This document shows positions 47,819 to 57,789 of a stretch of 57,877 nt of DNA, one piece after another. The translations under genes and the position numbers were made by a program. The DNA comes from Gammaproteobacteria bacterium. GTDB lineage: Bacteria > Pseudomonadota > Gammaproteobacteria > UBA4575. The DNA is taken from the NCBI GenBank assembly GCA_029253965.1, contig JAQWYM010000034.1, positions 1 to 57,877 of the forward strand. Reading direction: 5' to 3'. Every line of letters begins with the position of its first letter. Position 1 is the stretch's first letter. Below the pieces are notes generated by a model. That model was not told where the DNA came from and did no database searches. It saw only the letters and a list, made by a program, of their open reading frames with translations.

Positions 47819-48576
47819 TAAGACTGACTCCGTCGCACTAATCGGTATTCAAAGGTCTGATCTCGCCAATACTTTAAAAATTTCGTCAAGCCATAGCTTT
47901 CAAGTTGTTGGCGTAATTGCTTGGCCTGCAAATCGCGTCGTGAAATATGGGCGATACGATTTTGATATTGACCTTGTACGGCTAAGCCAATATTGAAATC
48001 AGCCGCCATAGGCAGTTGCCGGAACGCAGAACGCGCCTCTTGCCATTCCTTAGCATCAGCAAAATTCACCACCAAAACACCGTCTTTAGTGAGTTGACCG
48101 AGTAACCGACGCAGGTGAGCTTGTTGATAGCTAATCGCACGGAAGGGTTCACCATTTTGCTCATGAAAGACATCATCAATAATCAGGTCGTAACGCCCTG
48201 AGCGATTTTGTCGCAGCCATTCTCCAGCTTCAGCATGGACGATATTACACAGGCCCTTATCGACGCTGAAGAAACGTTTGGCGACGCTAATATGATGCTT
48301 ATCGAGCTCAATCGCATCAATCTCAGTGCTTGGGAAAAAACGCTGCAATAACTTCACCACAGCACCTCCACCCAAACCGAGCAGCAGCACCTTTTTAGGT
48401 GGCTGATGTCGATCAAAACTGCTGAGTAGAAACAACTCCCAGAGCTGACCTTTAAACGGATCTCTCGGGTTCCACTGACTATGCAGAACTGCATTCCGGT
48501 AGAGCCGAATAGAATGACCGGCTAAGCAGACTTTATACTCCGCCTCAGCCGTTACCTTATGCCAAACTAAAGCCAT
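47818..48576 (-). CDS. spermidine-synthase-like class I SAM-dependent methyltransferase-fold protein
   Basis: VLLLGLGGGAVV (SAM motif I) followed by IDAIELD. Confidence 0.65.
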   Translation of the reverse strand: MALVWHKVTAEAEYKVCLAGHSIRLYRNAVLHSQWNPRDPFKGQLWELFLLSSFDRHQPPKKVLLLGLGGGAVVKLLQRFFPSTEIDAIELDKHHISVAKRFFSVDKGLCNIVHAEAGEWLRQNRSGRYDLIIDDVFHEQNGEPFRAISYQQAHLRRLLGQLTKDGVLVVNFADAKEWQEARSAFRQLPMAADFNIGLAVQGQYQNRIAHISRRDLQAKQLRQQLESYGLTKFLKYWRDQTFEYRLVRRSQS

Positions 48577-48581
48577 CGAAA

Positions 48582-48989
48582 CTAAACCAGATCTAGCGCA
48601 TTCTTTTTCAAATCAGCCAGCGACACAATGTCCAAAGCCACTCTATTTGTCGCCTCGAGCACCACCATCGGCGCCTTCCCTACGCTGAAAGCTTCCAACC
48701 AACGCGCGGCACAGAGACACCAGCGATCACCCGGCTTTAATCCATCAAAGCCATGCTCCGGTCTGGGTGTTATCAAGTCATTACCCTGCTGCAAAGAGTA
48801 GTCCAGAAACTCCGACGTGACCTGAGCACACACCGTATGCGAGCCCACATCATGGGCTTGTGTTCGACACAGTCCATCACGATAGAAGCCAGTCATCGGC
48901 TGACAACTACATTCTAATAATTTCTCACCAAATACATTGAACTGTTGTTCTGAGGGCTGAATTTCTATATCGGACACGCTTAACTCCAT
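48582..48989 (-). CDS. DUF2237 family protein
   Basis: 135 aa. The conserved GFYRDG.C and RWCLC blocks are present. Confidence 0.65.
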   Translation of the reverse strand: MELSVSDIEIQPSEQQFNVFGEKLLECSCQPMTGFYRDGLCRTQAHDVGSHTVCAQVTSEFLDYSLQQGNDLITPRPEHGFDGLKPGDRWCLCAARWLEAFSVGKAPMVVLEATNRVALDIVSLADLKKNALDLV

Positions 48990-49971
48990 AAATTAATTGC
49001 TAAGCGATCTTAATCTATTGTTAGCTGCATAGAAAAGGCTTACTAAGCTGGGAAACAGCACAAATGATGAGCAATAGTGAGCGGAATTACTCTTTTTTCT
49101 AAAATACTCAGCGATATGGTTTTTTTATATACCAAAATACTTAAATAACAAAATTAGAATGGTTTATTCACATCTAATTAGCGTTAGTTATAATTATCCG
49201 CACTTTATTTGATGACATGAATCATAAATGAAGACATTCAACTCTATTAACAATGCCAATAGATCTAGTAATTTATAAAACATTAAATGAATACATAGCT
49301 TTACATGGAAATGACAAGTTAATTAAACCTACTTGGCAAATACGTATACTGCTTTTGGAGCAGACCTCAGTGGAGGGATCCTCTTAATGGCAATCGATTT
49401 AAGCAAAGAACAACTGTTGCAAGCTAGTAATTGGAAACACAGTGTGCGTGAGCATGAACTGTAGGTCGGCTAATAGTTAGAACTCACTGATCTTGATAAC
49501 CCAAGGGCTATATCCAAGTTTAGAAAAGCAGACTTCGGCTAAAACATCAGGTCGATAAATAAGGGACATGTCCTATCGAATACAAATAATAAAAATAAAT
49601 CGTGGATTTATAGTGATTGGAGCAGGACTGGAATGACATGAACGGGTTCAATTCCCACCACGCGTGTAAAAAGTAATCAGTTTATGAAGATTTAGTAATG
49701 CATGACTCATGACAAAAGGCATTACCTAAAACTCTATCTAGGCTTACTACTTTGGTTAAGCCAAGGAAAAGAGGCTATTAGAATAAGCCATTGAATGGAA
49801 AAAATTAAGTGATTCCACATGTAAATCCCATTGCTAAATTTTTCCCGTAGGATCGAATCTTTGCTTGATAAGGCTTAACACATTGGTGAAAAAGTTCAGT
49901 ATTTTTAACTTGTTGTTGCAGAAGTAACTGTTAACAAAAATCTATTCATCAATAAACTTATTTATGAAAAA

Positions 49972-51753
49972 TTAAGGTTTAGCAAAAATTCTTTTTATAA
50001 GAGATCTTAGTAACATTTTGATACCTAATAAAAAAAATTCACACTGCTTTATCTTAAGTTTTTTGTGTATATTTTTTCTAATACTTTGCGGCATGGTCTT
50101 TCGCTTTATTAAATTTTTGCCGTGTGATAGCGCATAGTTAAATAAAACTTCTGAGGACTTTTTTGTATTCTTTACAAGATACTTCAATACTATAAATTCC
50201 TCAAGAGAGAGAAAATCACCATCTCCTAGAGTCCAAATATACTCACCTTTGCATAATTTTATGGATCTTCTTATATTTTTTTCTGCACTATGTACTGAAT
50301 CCATATATTTATGGACTTTAATAAAGTCAAATTTCTTAACATATGAATCAGCAATTTCATTAGGGTCGTCACTGCTAGTATTCAATACTATAATTATTTC
50401 AGTTTGATTACTGAAAAACTTACACCAAGACGACAGGCTTCCTAGGGTCTTGTCTATTTCTTTAGCTCTATCAAACGATGGTATTAATATACTTAAATTT
50501 ATTCTTTTATCTCTTTTTTTATTACGATAAATTCTATCACCACTCTCACCTGACAGTAATTTTAAAGGTCCTCCAGCATCGAAATATAGGGCAACCGGAC
50601 GATTTATAGACTGAGTATCACTGATGGCTTCTGAAGAATTGCTTAGAATAGCCTTTCTCAATAAAGAAATTTCTTGTGATATTTCTTTATTGTCTAATTG
50701 GCTAGATTCAGGTTTTAAAGATATTTTTTCAAATAAGGTCTCTACAAATCCCGTGAAGCCATCAGGAATATTATGACTTTTTTCTTTTAAAAAAAGAATC
50801 GATCCTAATAGTTTGTTAGCTGCTTCTTTATCAAATAAATTGGGATTATTGCTCCATTGACTAATTTGAATAAGTGTTGCATTTAGAAAAAAGCTACCAA
50901 GGTTTTGGTGAGATACAATCCAGCAATCTTTCGATATCTCAATCTCATTAAATGATAAAATCTTATCAACTTCAATATTAGTACCACTGGACAAAACACG
51001 AATTAAATCTACAAGACCAGCTGTAAATGGGTAATAAGCGAATCTTTCACCATAAACTTTACCAAAATTGTACATTTCTTCTTCTGTGGTGTTTTGACTA
51101 TATGTTAAAACCGGATCACTAACAAAAGCACAGGGTTTATCGTAAAACATGTGCAAAAGAGAGAAGCTATGACTGTAAACTTCACTCTTTTTAGAAAATT
51201 TATTAAACACTTCTATGCAGAAGTCATCTTTTTTAAACAATAAGCATGACAACGTAGTTGTTGCTGATATTAGACCAAAATCTCTAAATAACCTTTCTCC
51301 AGTTTTATATAGAGTTACATTGCTTGTTGCTTTTATATAACTAATAACTTCATTATCTTTTAGTTTTAATTCCATATTTAATAACAAGAAGTGCGCCACT
51401 TCTTGTTTTAAAATAGGTATTATTTTATCCAAACAATTGTTAGATGGGATATCGTCATCACCAAAGCACCATATGTATTTTCCATTACAAAAATCCACAC
51501 TATGAGCCATACTAGATTCTGCAGTATGACGTTCTTTGAGATGTTTTTTATATTTAATATTTTTGCAATTTTTAGATGCATCTAAAACAACTTTTTTCAG
51601 GTCTCCTTGAGAAAAGTTATCGGCTACAACTATTTCAACTTCTGATGAATAGTTAGAATCTTCAAGGATATTAGAAAACCTCCCTAAAGCTTCAGACACA
51701 TGATCTAATCTGTTCCGAGTCGGTATTAAGATGGTTAGCAAACTTTTATTCAT
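49972..51753 (-). CDS. tandem GT2-like glycosyltransferase (full N-terminal GT-A domain plus a partial second copy)
   Basis: 593 aa and very AT-rich. LTILIPTRNR...FGDDD at the N-terminus, with a second LSILIPSFDR...LGDGD unit from about aa 415. Confidence 0.55.
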   Translation of the reverse strand: MNKSLLTILIPTRNRLDHVSEALGRFSNILEDSNYSSEVEIVVADNFSQGDLKKVVLDASKNCKNIKYKKHLKERHTAESSMAHSVDFCNGKYIWCFGDDDIPSNNCLDKIIPILKQEVAHFLLLNMELKLKDNEVISYIKATSNVTLYKTGERLFRDFGLISATTTLSCLLFKKDDFCIEVFNKFSKKSEVYSHSFSLLHMFYDKPCAFVSDPVLTYSQNTTEEEMYNFGKVYGERFAYYPFTAGLVDLIRVLSSGTNIEVDKILSFNEIEISKDCWIVSHQNLGSFFLNATLIQISQWSNNPNLFDKEAANKLLGSILFLKEKSHNIPDGFTGFVETLFEKISLKPESSQLDNKEISQEISLLRKAILSNSSEAISDTQSINRPVALYFDAGGPLKLLSGESGDRIYRNKKRDKRINLSILIPSFDRAKEIDKTLGSLSSWCKFFSNQTEIIIVLNTSSDDPNEIADSYVKKFDFIKVHKYMDSVHSAEKNIRRSIKLCKGEYIWTLGDGDFLSLEEFIVLKYLVKNTKKSSEVLFNYALSHGKNLIKRKTMPQSIRKNIHKKLKIKQCEFFLLGIKMLLRSLIKRIFAKP

Positions 51754-51768
51754 TTTTTATATCCAAAC

Positions 51769-51819
51769 AAGTGGTGCGCCCAGAAGAATTCGAGCTCCCA
51801 ACCACTTGGTTCGAAGCCA
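51769..51819 (-). repeat. degenerate copy of the 3' half of tRNA-Arg(UCG); candidate distal att repeat
   Basis: 42 of 48 positions are identical to 56624-56671 in the same orientation, plus the shared 3-nt flank AAG. The stretch corresponding to the anticodon arm (20 nt) is identical. The T-arm copy no longer pairs. Confidence 0.7.
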
Positions 51820-52350
51820 CATCGCCCCTGCAAAAAAAATGGTTAAGCATCTGATCTATAATGATTTTTTTATTATGTGACGGCAAATACAGCTACCCTA
51901 ATAAACAATTACTTACATGCTAACAGTATTTGTGATTGTTGCGAAATCAGGTGCATTTCTCATGTGCACTTAACGTGAATCTTCTGCGATTTATTAACCA
52001 TGTAGTTATTAACTCATCATTTTCTTCAGGAGCTATGTCTATTACTTCTTTTCTCAAAAGCCAAGCTGGCATAATTACTGCTCTATCTCTTACTGTCGCT
52101 TTCCTTATTTTCGCTTGTCAAGTTTGGTCCTTCTGGCCATGGTTCAGCACGAATTCCGAGGCACTGAGAAAAGCCTCCTTAATTATCTTGCGATAGTCAG
52201 CACACCACTCGCCGTTTGGCGGACTCTTATTGCTAATAAGAATACTGATATTGCCTATAAGAATACTTAATTTGCTGACAGTAATAGCTTTACCGATATC
52301 CTCACTAAAGCTATCGAGCAACTAGGTGCTACCACTGCAGAGAATAAACC

Positions 52351-52964
52351 GAATGAAGGCTCATCACGTGACAGATCATCAACGTGATAGATAAAATCGA
52401 GGTCTTGAAGAATCTTCAGCGTGTTTTCTGAATGCCGCATCCAGAACGCGTTAAAGCCCACTGGACGTTGACCTGTGATTTTTTCGATAACATCTGCACT
52501 CTTTATGTAGGACGCGCGTTCCTCTTCTGCACTCATCGAATATTGAGGCGTCCATTTATGGCCGTGAGCGGATGCTTCATGTCCTCTGGCGACGACTACC
52601 TTTGCCAATTCTGGATTTAGCGCCACCGCGCGACCCACCATATGTGAGGTCACTTTAATGTCATGCTTGTCCCACAGGTTGAGAAGCCGCGGGATACCGT
52701 CGTTCATCCCGTACTGATACCAAGTAGGAACGATCGTATCGGGATAATTCGGATCCGCCGGCGGAAATGGACCAGGATCGCTGTCGTCTTATGCCGTTGC
52801 CTCAAACTGCATGGAAATCGAAATCACTAGTTGGGCATCATCAGGCCAATATGGTTTCTGTTGTTGGGGAGCGTTTGCGGCAAGCGCAGGGTTACCGAAA
52901 AAACCTGTTGTGATTAAAAATACCGCGGTAATCGCTCGTTGCAGTGTGTGTGTTGATTCGTCAT
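52351..52964 (-). pseudogene. polysaccharide deacetylase family gene, disrupted
   Basis: The signal-peptide frame lacks a start, so the ATG at 52964 is out of frame. In-frame TAA at 52789-52791 (..MQFEATA*DDSDPG..). Homology ends at ..SRDEPSF, about two thirds of the expected length. Confidence 0.65.
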
Positions 52965-52992
52965 GCCATTCTCCTAAGAGGTTTTGAGAAAA

Positions 52993-53536
52993 TTACTTAG
53001 CCACCCGCGGTCCAGCAATAAACGGTAACGCGGCGATATCCATGGTGTGCTGATAGGTAAAGAAACCCTTCAGTGCGGCAGTGGCGCCTACAGGGACATC
53101 GAGTATGTCGACGTCCAGCGTATGTACTCGATAGGTATAAGTATGTTTACGACCGACTGGAGGACAAGGTCTGAGGTAACCCGATTCCCCCATATCAGTG
53201 TTAGATTCAACAGCACCCACGGAGAGGGCTTCCCCATCGACCGCGTTGACCGACGAAGGTATGTTGTAAACGCCCCAATGCCAGAAGCCACTACCGGTTG
53301 GTGCGTCTTGTTCGTAAAATGTGATGGCATAGCTCTTGGTTCCGTCAGGAGCACCAGACCACTTCAATCTGGGGCGCTCGTTGCTACCGTGCAGCCAAAG
53401 TTGTCCCAATATTGAGAAGGTGAGATGGAGGTGCTCGCATTAAGGTCTGCGCTTGAAAGTGTAAAGCCTTCGGCAGCGTGGCCGATGATGAATGGAAGCA
53501 ATGCACTAAGCAGTGTGATCTTTTGGTTGTTTTCAC
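52993..53536 (-). pseudogene. YbcL/YbhB (PEBP) family protein, with apparently two frameshifts
   Basis: The core reads GTKSYAITFYEQDAPTGSGFWHWGVYNIP...PCPPVGRKHTYTYRVHTLD. The signal peptide/N-terminus (KITLLSALLPFIIGHAAEG...DNFGC) lies in another frame, and the GTG start with GGAG lies in a third. Confidence 0.55.
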
Positions 53537-53567
53537 GACAGTCTCCGATTTCAAGTTAAATAATTGC

Positions 53568-54104
53568 TCAGTCGATGTCGGCAATGCCGAGCTGCTGCAG
53601 GAGCGTCAGGTTGTCCTCGAGGTGCCAGTTTTCGGTGATCATTCCGTCTTTGATCGTGTAGATGTCGACGGCTAGGAACGAGATGGCTTGACCTTCGCCT
53701 TGCACTTCACCAAATGCCCCGGTGAAGTGTCCGTCGAATTGGAGTCGCCCAATCACTTTGTTCTTTAAGATGTAAACAGACTTCACGGTCAACGTGAGAT
53801 CAGGGACGGCCAGGCGAAATCCTGAGGATGCCGCGAGTGGGCCTGTTGGTCCTTGTGCACGTCCTCTCGGCAAATTGAGATCGATAAAATCTGGCGATAA
53901 CGCCGCTTTGGCGTAATCTTCATTGCCGGTATTCCAAAATGCGAAGTACTTTTGTGCAATCTCTAATGCCCCCTCGGCATCTTGCGTGGACAGTCCGGTG
54001 GCAAACTGCACTTGCTCGGGTGTCGGCACGCCATCACCAGTTATAGCAGGCGTTGCTATGAGGGGCGCAGCGCAAAGGGTGAGAATGGATAATAAGTGTT
54101 TCAT
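53568..54104 (-). CDS. SnoaL-like ester cyclase family protein with a signal peptide
   Basis: 178 aa. N-terminal signal-like segment, then YFAFWNTGN...ENWHLED, typical of the SnoaL/ester cyclase fold. Confidence 0.6.
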   Translation of the reverse strand: MKHLLSILTLCAAPLIATPAITGDGVPTPEQVQFATGLSTQDAEGALEIAQKYFAFWNTGNEDYAKAALSPDFIDLNLPRGRAQGPTGPLAASSGFRLAVPDLTLTVKSVYILKNKVIGRLQFDGHFTGAFGEVQGEGQAISFLAVDIYTIKDGMITENWHLEDNLTLLQQLGIADID

Positions 54105-54149
54105 AAAATATGCCTCTGATACTTTTGTGCATGGGCGTCGACGACGCGT

Positions 54150-54525
54150 GGTGTCTTGTCAATGCCGCGTAACATTGGCCATCAGGATGGAACGATTCAT
54201 GTGACATTCGGCCCACGTGCCACAGCTGAGAAACTATGCGGCCTCTGGCAGCGCGGACCGCGTCGGTAATCGTCGGCCAATCAGCGACCTGGCCGTCGGT
54301 GTAGATTCCCGGGGTGAATGAGTACCCCTGCCCCTGAGCCGAAATCTGTGTCGCTTCCGTAATAATGAAACCGGCGTTCGCACGTTGGGCGTAGCACTCT
54401 GCTATCAGTGGGGTCGGCACATCGCCGGGTTCTTCGCTACACGACCTGGTCGTGAGGGCCATGACCACGCGGTTTGGTGTATCAATAGCGCCTGCCTGTG
54501 TTTGGGTGAAGAGTGGATTTTTCAT
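54150..54525 (-). pseudogene. N-terminal fragment of an Old Yellow Enzyme-type NADH:flavin oxidoreductase
   Basis: MKNPLF...NRVVMA.LTR...YYAQRA-like AECYAQRANAGFIITEATQISAQGQGY..TPGIY...QLWHVGR. Homology stops after ~120 residues of an expected ~360. Confidence 0.65.
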
Positions 54526-54703
54526 GTCCGTGTCCCCTTTAATCAGTCGCCGTCTTTCCATGGGTCTAAGTTACACTTTTGATAAAAATGCAGAATACGA
54601 GTAAATACGAAAATATAATTCAGATATGTCGAAGAATCGAAATACACCTTCACAGGGTCGCTCTTGAAGCGCGGTTGTGTTCGTTATGATCGCGCTGAAA
54701 AGC

Positions 54704-55050
54704 TCAGCGAGCAGTTGCACTGTTGCCGGTGTGAAAAGAAGGACCAATTATTGGTACGACAATTGCCGCAAAGGAATTGCTGCCGGACCCAGTTAACTGT
54801 CTATGACAGTGCCGCCGATCACGCCACCCATTGCGTTTGCAACGTTGAAGAAGATGGTTTTGGTCGCAGCAGCATGCACAGGTGCAACTGCACCGTATTT
54901 CATGACGCGCGCCTGTATAGGCGGCACATTGGCAAAAGACACCGTACCAAATAAAAACGCTGAAGCAACGAAAGCCCACAGGTTTGATGCAACAAAAGCT
55001 AACACCACCAGCGAGGCAATCGTTGCTATGAGCCACAGTATGAGGGAGCG
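54704..55050 (-). pseudogene. C-terminal fragment of an MFS transporter (frameshifted)
   Basis: Only the last few TM helices remain (LIATIASLVVLAFVASNLWAFVASAFLFG...ANAMGGVIGGTVIDS). There is no start codon, and the tail continues in another frame. Confidence 0.5.
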
Positions 55051-55153
55051 ACTTCAGTCAGCGTTAGAATATACAAGACACTAACATGGAGTTTTTTTTT
55101 AGAACAAAAAATAACGGCAGAATGGGGAGATCTCTTCAGATATACTGAAGAAC

Positions 55154-56101
55154 ATGGATACACTGGGTGATATGAATTTGTTCGTGCATGTGGTGCGAAC
55201 CGGCGGATTGGCCTCCGCGGGGCGGGAGATAGGTCTGTCGCCGGCCAGTATGAGCGCGCGCATCAATCGGATTGAAGAGCATTACGGTGTGCGATTGCTC
55301 ATGCGCACCACCCGAAGCGTTACTCCAACAGAGGAGGGCATTAGGTTTTACGAGGCGTGCCAGCGGGTGCTAGCAGAGGTTGATCAAGCTAAACTGCAGC
55401 TTACGAGTTGTCGGGAAGGTTACGCCGGACCGCTAAGGGTAACCGCAACATTCGATCTTGGAGAACAACACATCGTGCCGGTGCTTGATGCCTTTGTGGA
55501 CAAACATCCGGATGTACGTCCCTATCTCTTTCTATCTGACGGAGTCGTCAATGTTGTAGAAGATGGTTTTGATGTAGGCGTGCGTTATGGAGTGCTGAAA
55601 GACAACCGTCTGGTTGCCAGGAAGCTCGCAAAAAACCATCGTGTGCTTTGTGCGTCACCGGATTACATTAAACGAAAAGGAACACCACAAACCCCTAAGG
55701 AACTGTCTGATCACAATTGTTTGGTCATGGTAAGGGGGAACGAACCACTGGCCATCTGGCACTTTCAAACCGACAGCGGCCCCCAATCCCTAACGATTCA
55801 TCCGGCGCGGTCTACAAACAACGGTGCTCAAATACGACGCTGGGCACTAGCCGGTGCAGGAATCGCGTTGAAGTCATTCTGGGACGTGCGTACCGATATC
55901 GAAGCAGGACGCCTCGTCACGGTGCTGGATAAGTTCGTGAGTGATTTTACGCTTCAAGGAATGACCGGTAACGCGGATCTTCACGCAATCTATACAGATC
56001 GGCGGTTTCTTCCTGAACGGACGCGTGGGTTTATGGACGCGTTGATAAACCATTTTAATACGTTAGATCCCAGCTCTACGGCAACTCGGTCAAAACCATA
56101 A
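55154..56101 (+). CDS. LysR-family transcriptional regulator
   Basis: 315 aa. N-terminal wHTH (FVHVVRTGGLASAGREIGLSPASMSARI) and a LysR substrate-binding domain. Confidence 0.9.
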   Translation: MDTLGDMNLFVHVVRTGGLASAGREIGLSPASMSARINRIEEHYGVRLLMRTTRSVTPTEEGIRFYEACQRVLAEVDQAKLQLTSCREGYAGPLRVTATFDLGEQHIVPVLDAFVDKHPDVRPYLFLSDGVVNVVEDGFDVGVRYGVLKDNRLVARKLAKNHRVLCASPDYIKRKGTPQTPKELSDHNCLVMVRGNEPLAIWHFQTDSGPQSLTIHPARSTNNGAQIRRWALAGAGIALKSFWDVRTDIEAGRLVTVLDKFVSDFTLQGMTGNADLHAIYTDRRFLPERTRGFMDALINHFNTLDPSSTATRSKP

Positions 56102-56216
56102 TTCTTATTAAATAGGAACGCCAAATGGAACGCCTAAAATATTCCCTAAGGTGTACTAGAAAGATTCGAAGAAAAATAAAGAGATTTAATTTCTGAAAGT
56201 TTACAGACCCTGTTGA

Positions 56217-56507
56217 TTGATACCGCTCACAGAACATGCAGTGACTATACTGCGGCGCAATCTGTCCGAAGAACACGACCGTGTTTTTCGATACCGCGAG
56301 TAACCCATTCGTAACGCAGGAAGCACTGCATTTAAGAACACCCTCGCACGCTGCAGCATAGAAGTCTTCAAATGGCACACACTGCATCACACTTGGGCGA
56401 CATGGCACATCGTCCACGTTACCAGTCTGCAAAATTTAATGGTGATGGAGGGCTGGAAGGATATTCAATCAGTCATGATCTACGCGCAGGCGAATAAAAA
56501 CATTTAA
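56217..56507 (+). pseudogene. tyrosine recombinase (phage-type integrase) C-terminal remnant
   Basis: Reads ..LTEHAVTILRRNL..HDRVFRYRE*PI..STAFKNTLARCSIEVFKWHTLHHTWATWH...LMVMEGWKDIQSVMIYAQ. In-frame TAA at 56301-56303, and the N-terminal two thirds are missing. Confidence 0.7.
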
Positions 56508-56623
56508 AATAATACGCGGGCACTGTTTCAAGAAATAGAGTTGCGAAATCGGATACACCCTTCAGACAATCTAAAAAACTACCGAGCGCTTGAATCGTAA
56601 ACTTTTGAAATAGATAGGTTAAG

Positions 56624-56700
56624 TGGTGCGCCCGGAGGGATTCGAACCCCCGACCACTTGGTTCGAAGCCAAGTACTCTATCCAGCTGAGCTACAGGCGC
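56624..56700 (-). tRNA. tRNA-Arg (anticodon UCG)
   Basis: The reverse complement GCGCCTGTAGCTCAGCTGGATAGAGTACTTGGCTTCGAACCAAGTGGTCGGGGGTTCGAATCCCTCCGGGCGCACCA folds as a cloverleaf with anticodon loop CUUCGAA. Confidence 0.9.
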
Positions 56701-56907
56701 AATATCTGAATGTCTTAAAAATTATGTCACTACCGTAAGGACTGATAGATAGCCTTATTGATGGCTACAGATGCCTATATTAGAAGATTTAGACGCACTT
56801 AGGAACTAGATCACAACATAGGTAACGCTTGAAAAAATCGATTTGCTTGAATAACCCTGTAAAAGAGCTGAACTCAATATCGCATTATCGACTTAAAGAA
56901 ATAATCA

Positions 56908-56984
56908 TGGTGCGCCCGGAGAGATTCGAACTCCCGACCCCTTAGTTCGTAGCCAAGTACTCTATCCAGCTGAGCTACGGGCGC
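56908..56984 (-). tRNA. tRNA-Arg (anticodon ACG)
   Basis: The reverse complement GCGCCCGTAGCTCAGCTGGATAGAGTACTTGGCTACGAACTAAGGGGTCGGGAGTTCGAATCTCTCCGGGCGCACCA has anticodon loop CUACGAA. Close to E. coli tRNA-Arg(ACG). Confidence 0.9.
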
Positions 56985-57063
56985 GTTATTTCATGTAGGC
57001 GCGCATTATGCGGAATTCGCACCGCGCGATCAAATTTAATTTCAATTTAGGTACTTTTCAGAA

Positions 57064-57534
57064 CTAAGCTAACTGCTTGACAGCCTCTAGTACTTCTTGC
57101 ACATGATCTTTCACTTTCACTTTGCGCCATTCCTGCACTAAAGCGCCATCGGCGTCTATGAGGAAGGTGCTGCGTTCAATTCCCATGACTTTCTTGCCAT
57201 ACATGTTTTTTTCTTTAATGACGTCATACAGATGACAGGCTTTTTCTTCACTATCTGAGAGCAAATCAAAAGCAAACGCTTGCTTCAGTTTGAATTTCTC
57301 ATGTGAGGCCACTGAGTCACGCGAAAGACCAAGAATAGTCACCTTAAGCTGATTAAATTCAGCGATTGCAGCGGTGAAATCCAGCCCTTCTTGAGTGCAC
57401 CCAGGAGTAGCATCCTTAGGGTAGAAATAAAGCACCACAGGGGCACCACGCAAGCCAGAGAGGTTAATTTGTTGGTCACCAGTAGCGGCTAAGGTGAAGT
57501 CTGGGGCTTTATTGCCAATTTTAGGATGGGACAT
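57064..57534 (-). CDS. bcp: thioredoxin-dependent thiol peroxidase (peroxiredoxin Bcp)
   Basis: 156 aa with the active-site motif FYPKDATPGCT. Confidence 0.9.
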   Translation of the reverse strand: MSHPKIGNKAPDFTLAATGDQQINLSGLRGAPVVLYFYPKDATPGCTQEGLDFTAAIAEFNQLKVTILGLSRDSVASHEKFKLKQAFAFDLLSDSEEKACHLYDVIKEKNMYGKKVMGIERSTFLIDADGALVQEWRKVKVKDHVQEVLEAVKQLA

Positions 57535-57789
57535 TGGAAAATCTCCTTTTCTGACTCAGTATTGATTAATCTCAGCGCACAATATCAAAATCACTGTTAA
57601 CGATAAACCTAGACAACAAGATAACAAAAACCTGTTGTTTAGCCCTGCCTGTAAGCTGATTGGATTGATAGCGCGAAGATAGACTGACGAAGATAACAGA
57701 AGATAGGCCGTTGACGAGACCGTAGAACTGCGAGAGAGGTGATAAATCGCATCACCATTACAAGAGAAATCTTTACTATTCTCTTAATA

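Larger units (their letters stand above)
51820..56623. mobile_element. decayed tRNA-Arg-associated genomic islet
   Basis: Bounded by tRNA-Arg(UCG) and the direct partial repeat. An integrase remnant lies next to the tRNA. The 52.3-56.1 kb part is visibly more GC-rich than its surroundings. Five of seven recognisable genes are disrupted. Confidence 0.55.

Noticed and set aside
49253-49465. Two tiny overlapping ORFs (44 and 25 codons, TAATG junction), considered as a toxin-antitoxin pair
   Set aside because: Both are too short, have no recognisable motifs and no convincing ribosome-binding site. They are more likely fragments of a decayed gene in the AT-rich spacer.
49634-49670. tRNA-like T-arm motif (GGGTTCAATTCCCACCACGCG) in the AT-rich spacer, considered as another att or tRNA fragment
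   Set aside because: Only a 3-bp T-stem can form. No acceptor, D or anticodon arms fold from the flanks, and its orientation is opposite to the tRNA-Arg repeat. That is too weak to call.
54664-55084. Plus-strand ORFs 54664-54954 and 54803-55084, and minus-strand ORF 54704-55036
   Set aside because: They overlap the MFS-transporter remnant in GC-rich DNA, where long spurious ORFs are expected. Their translations are Cys/Arg-rich with no recognisable family.
56076-56432. 118-aa minus-strand ORF
   Set aside because: It is antisense to the clearly recognisable integrase C-terminal remnant on the plus strand and overlaps the LysR 3' end. It is an artefact.
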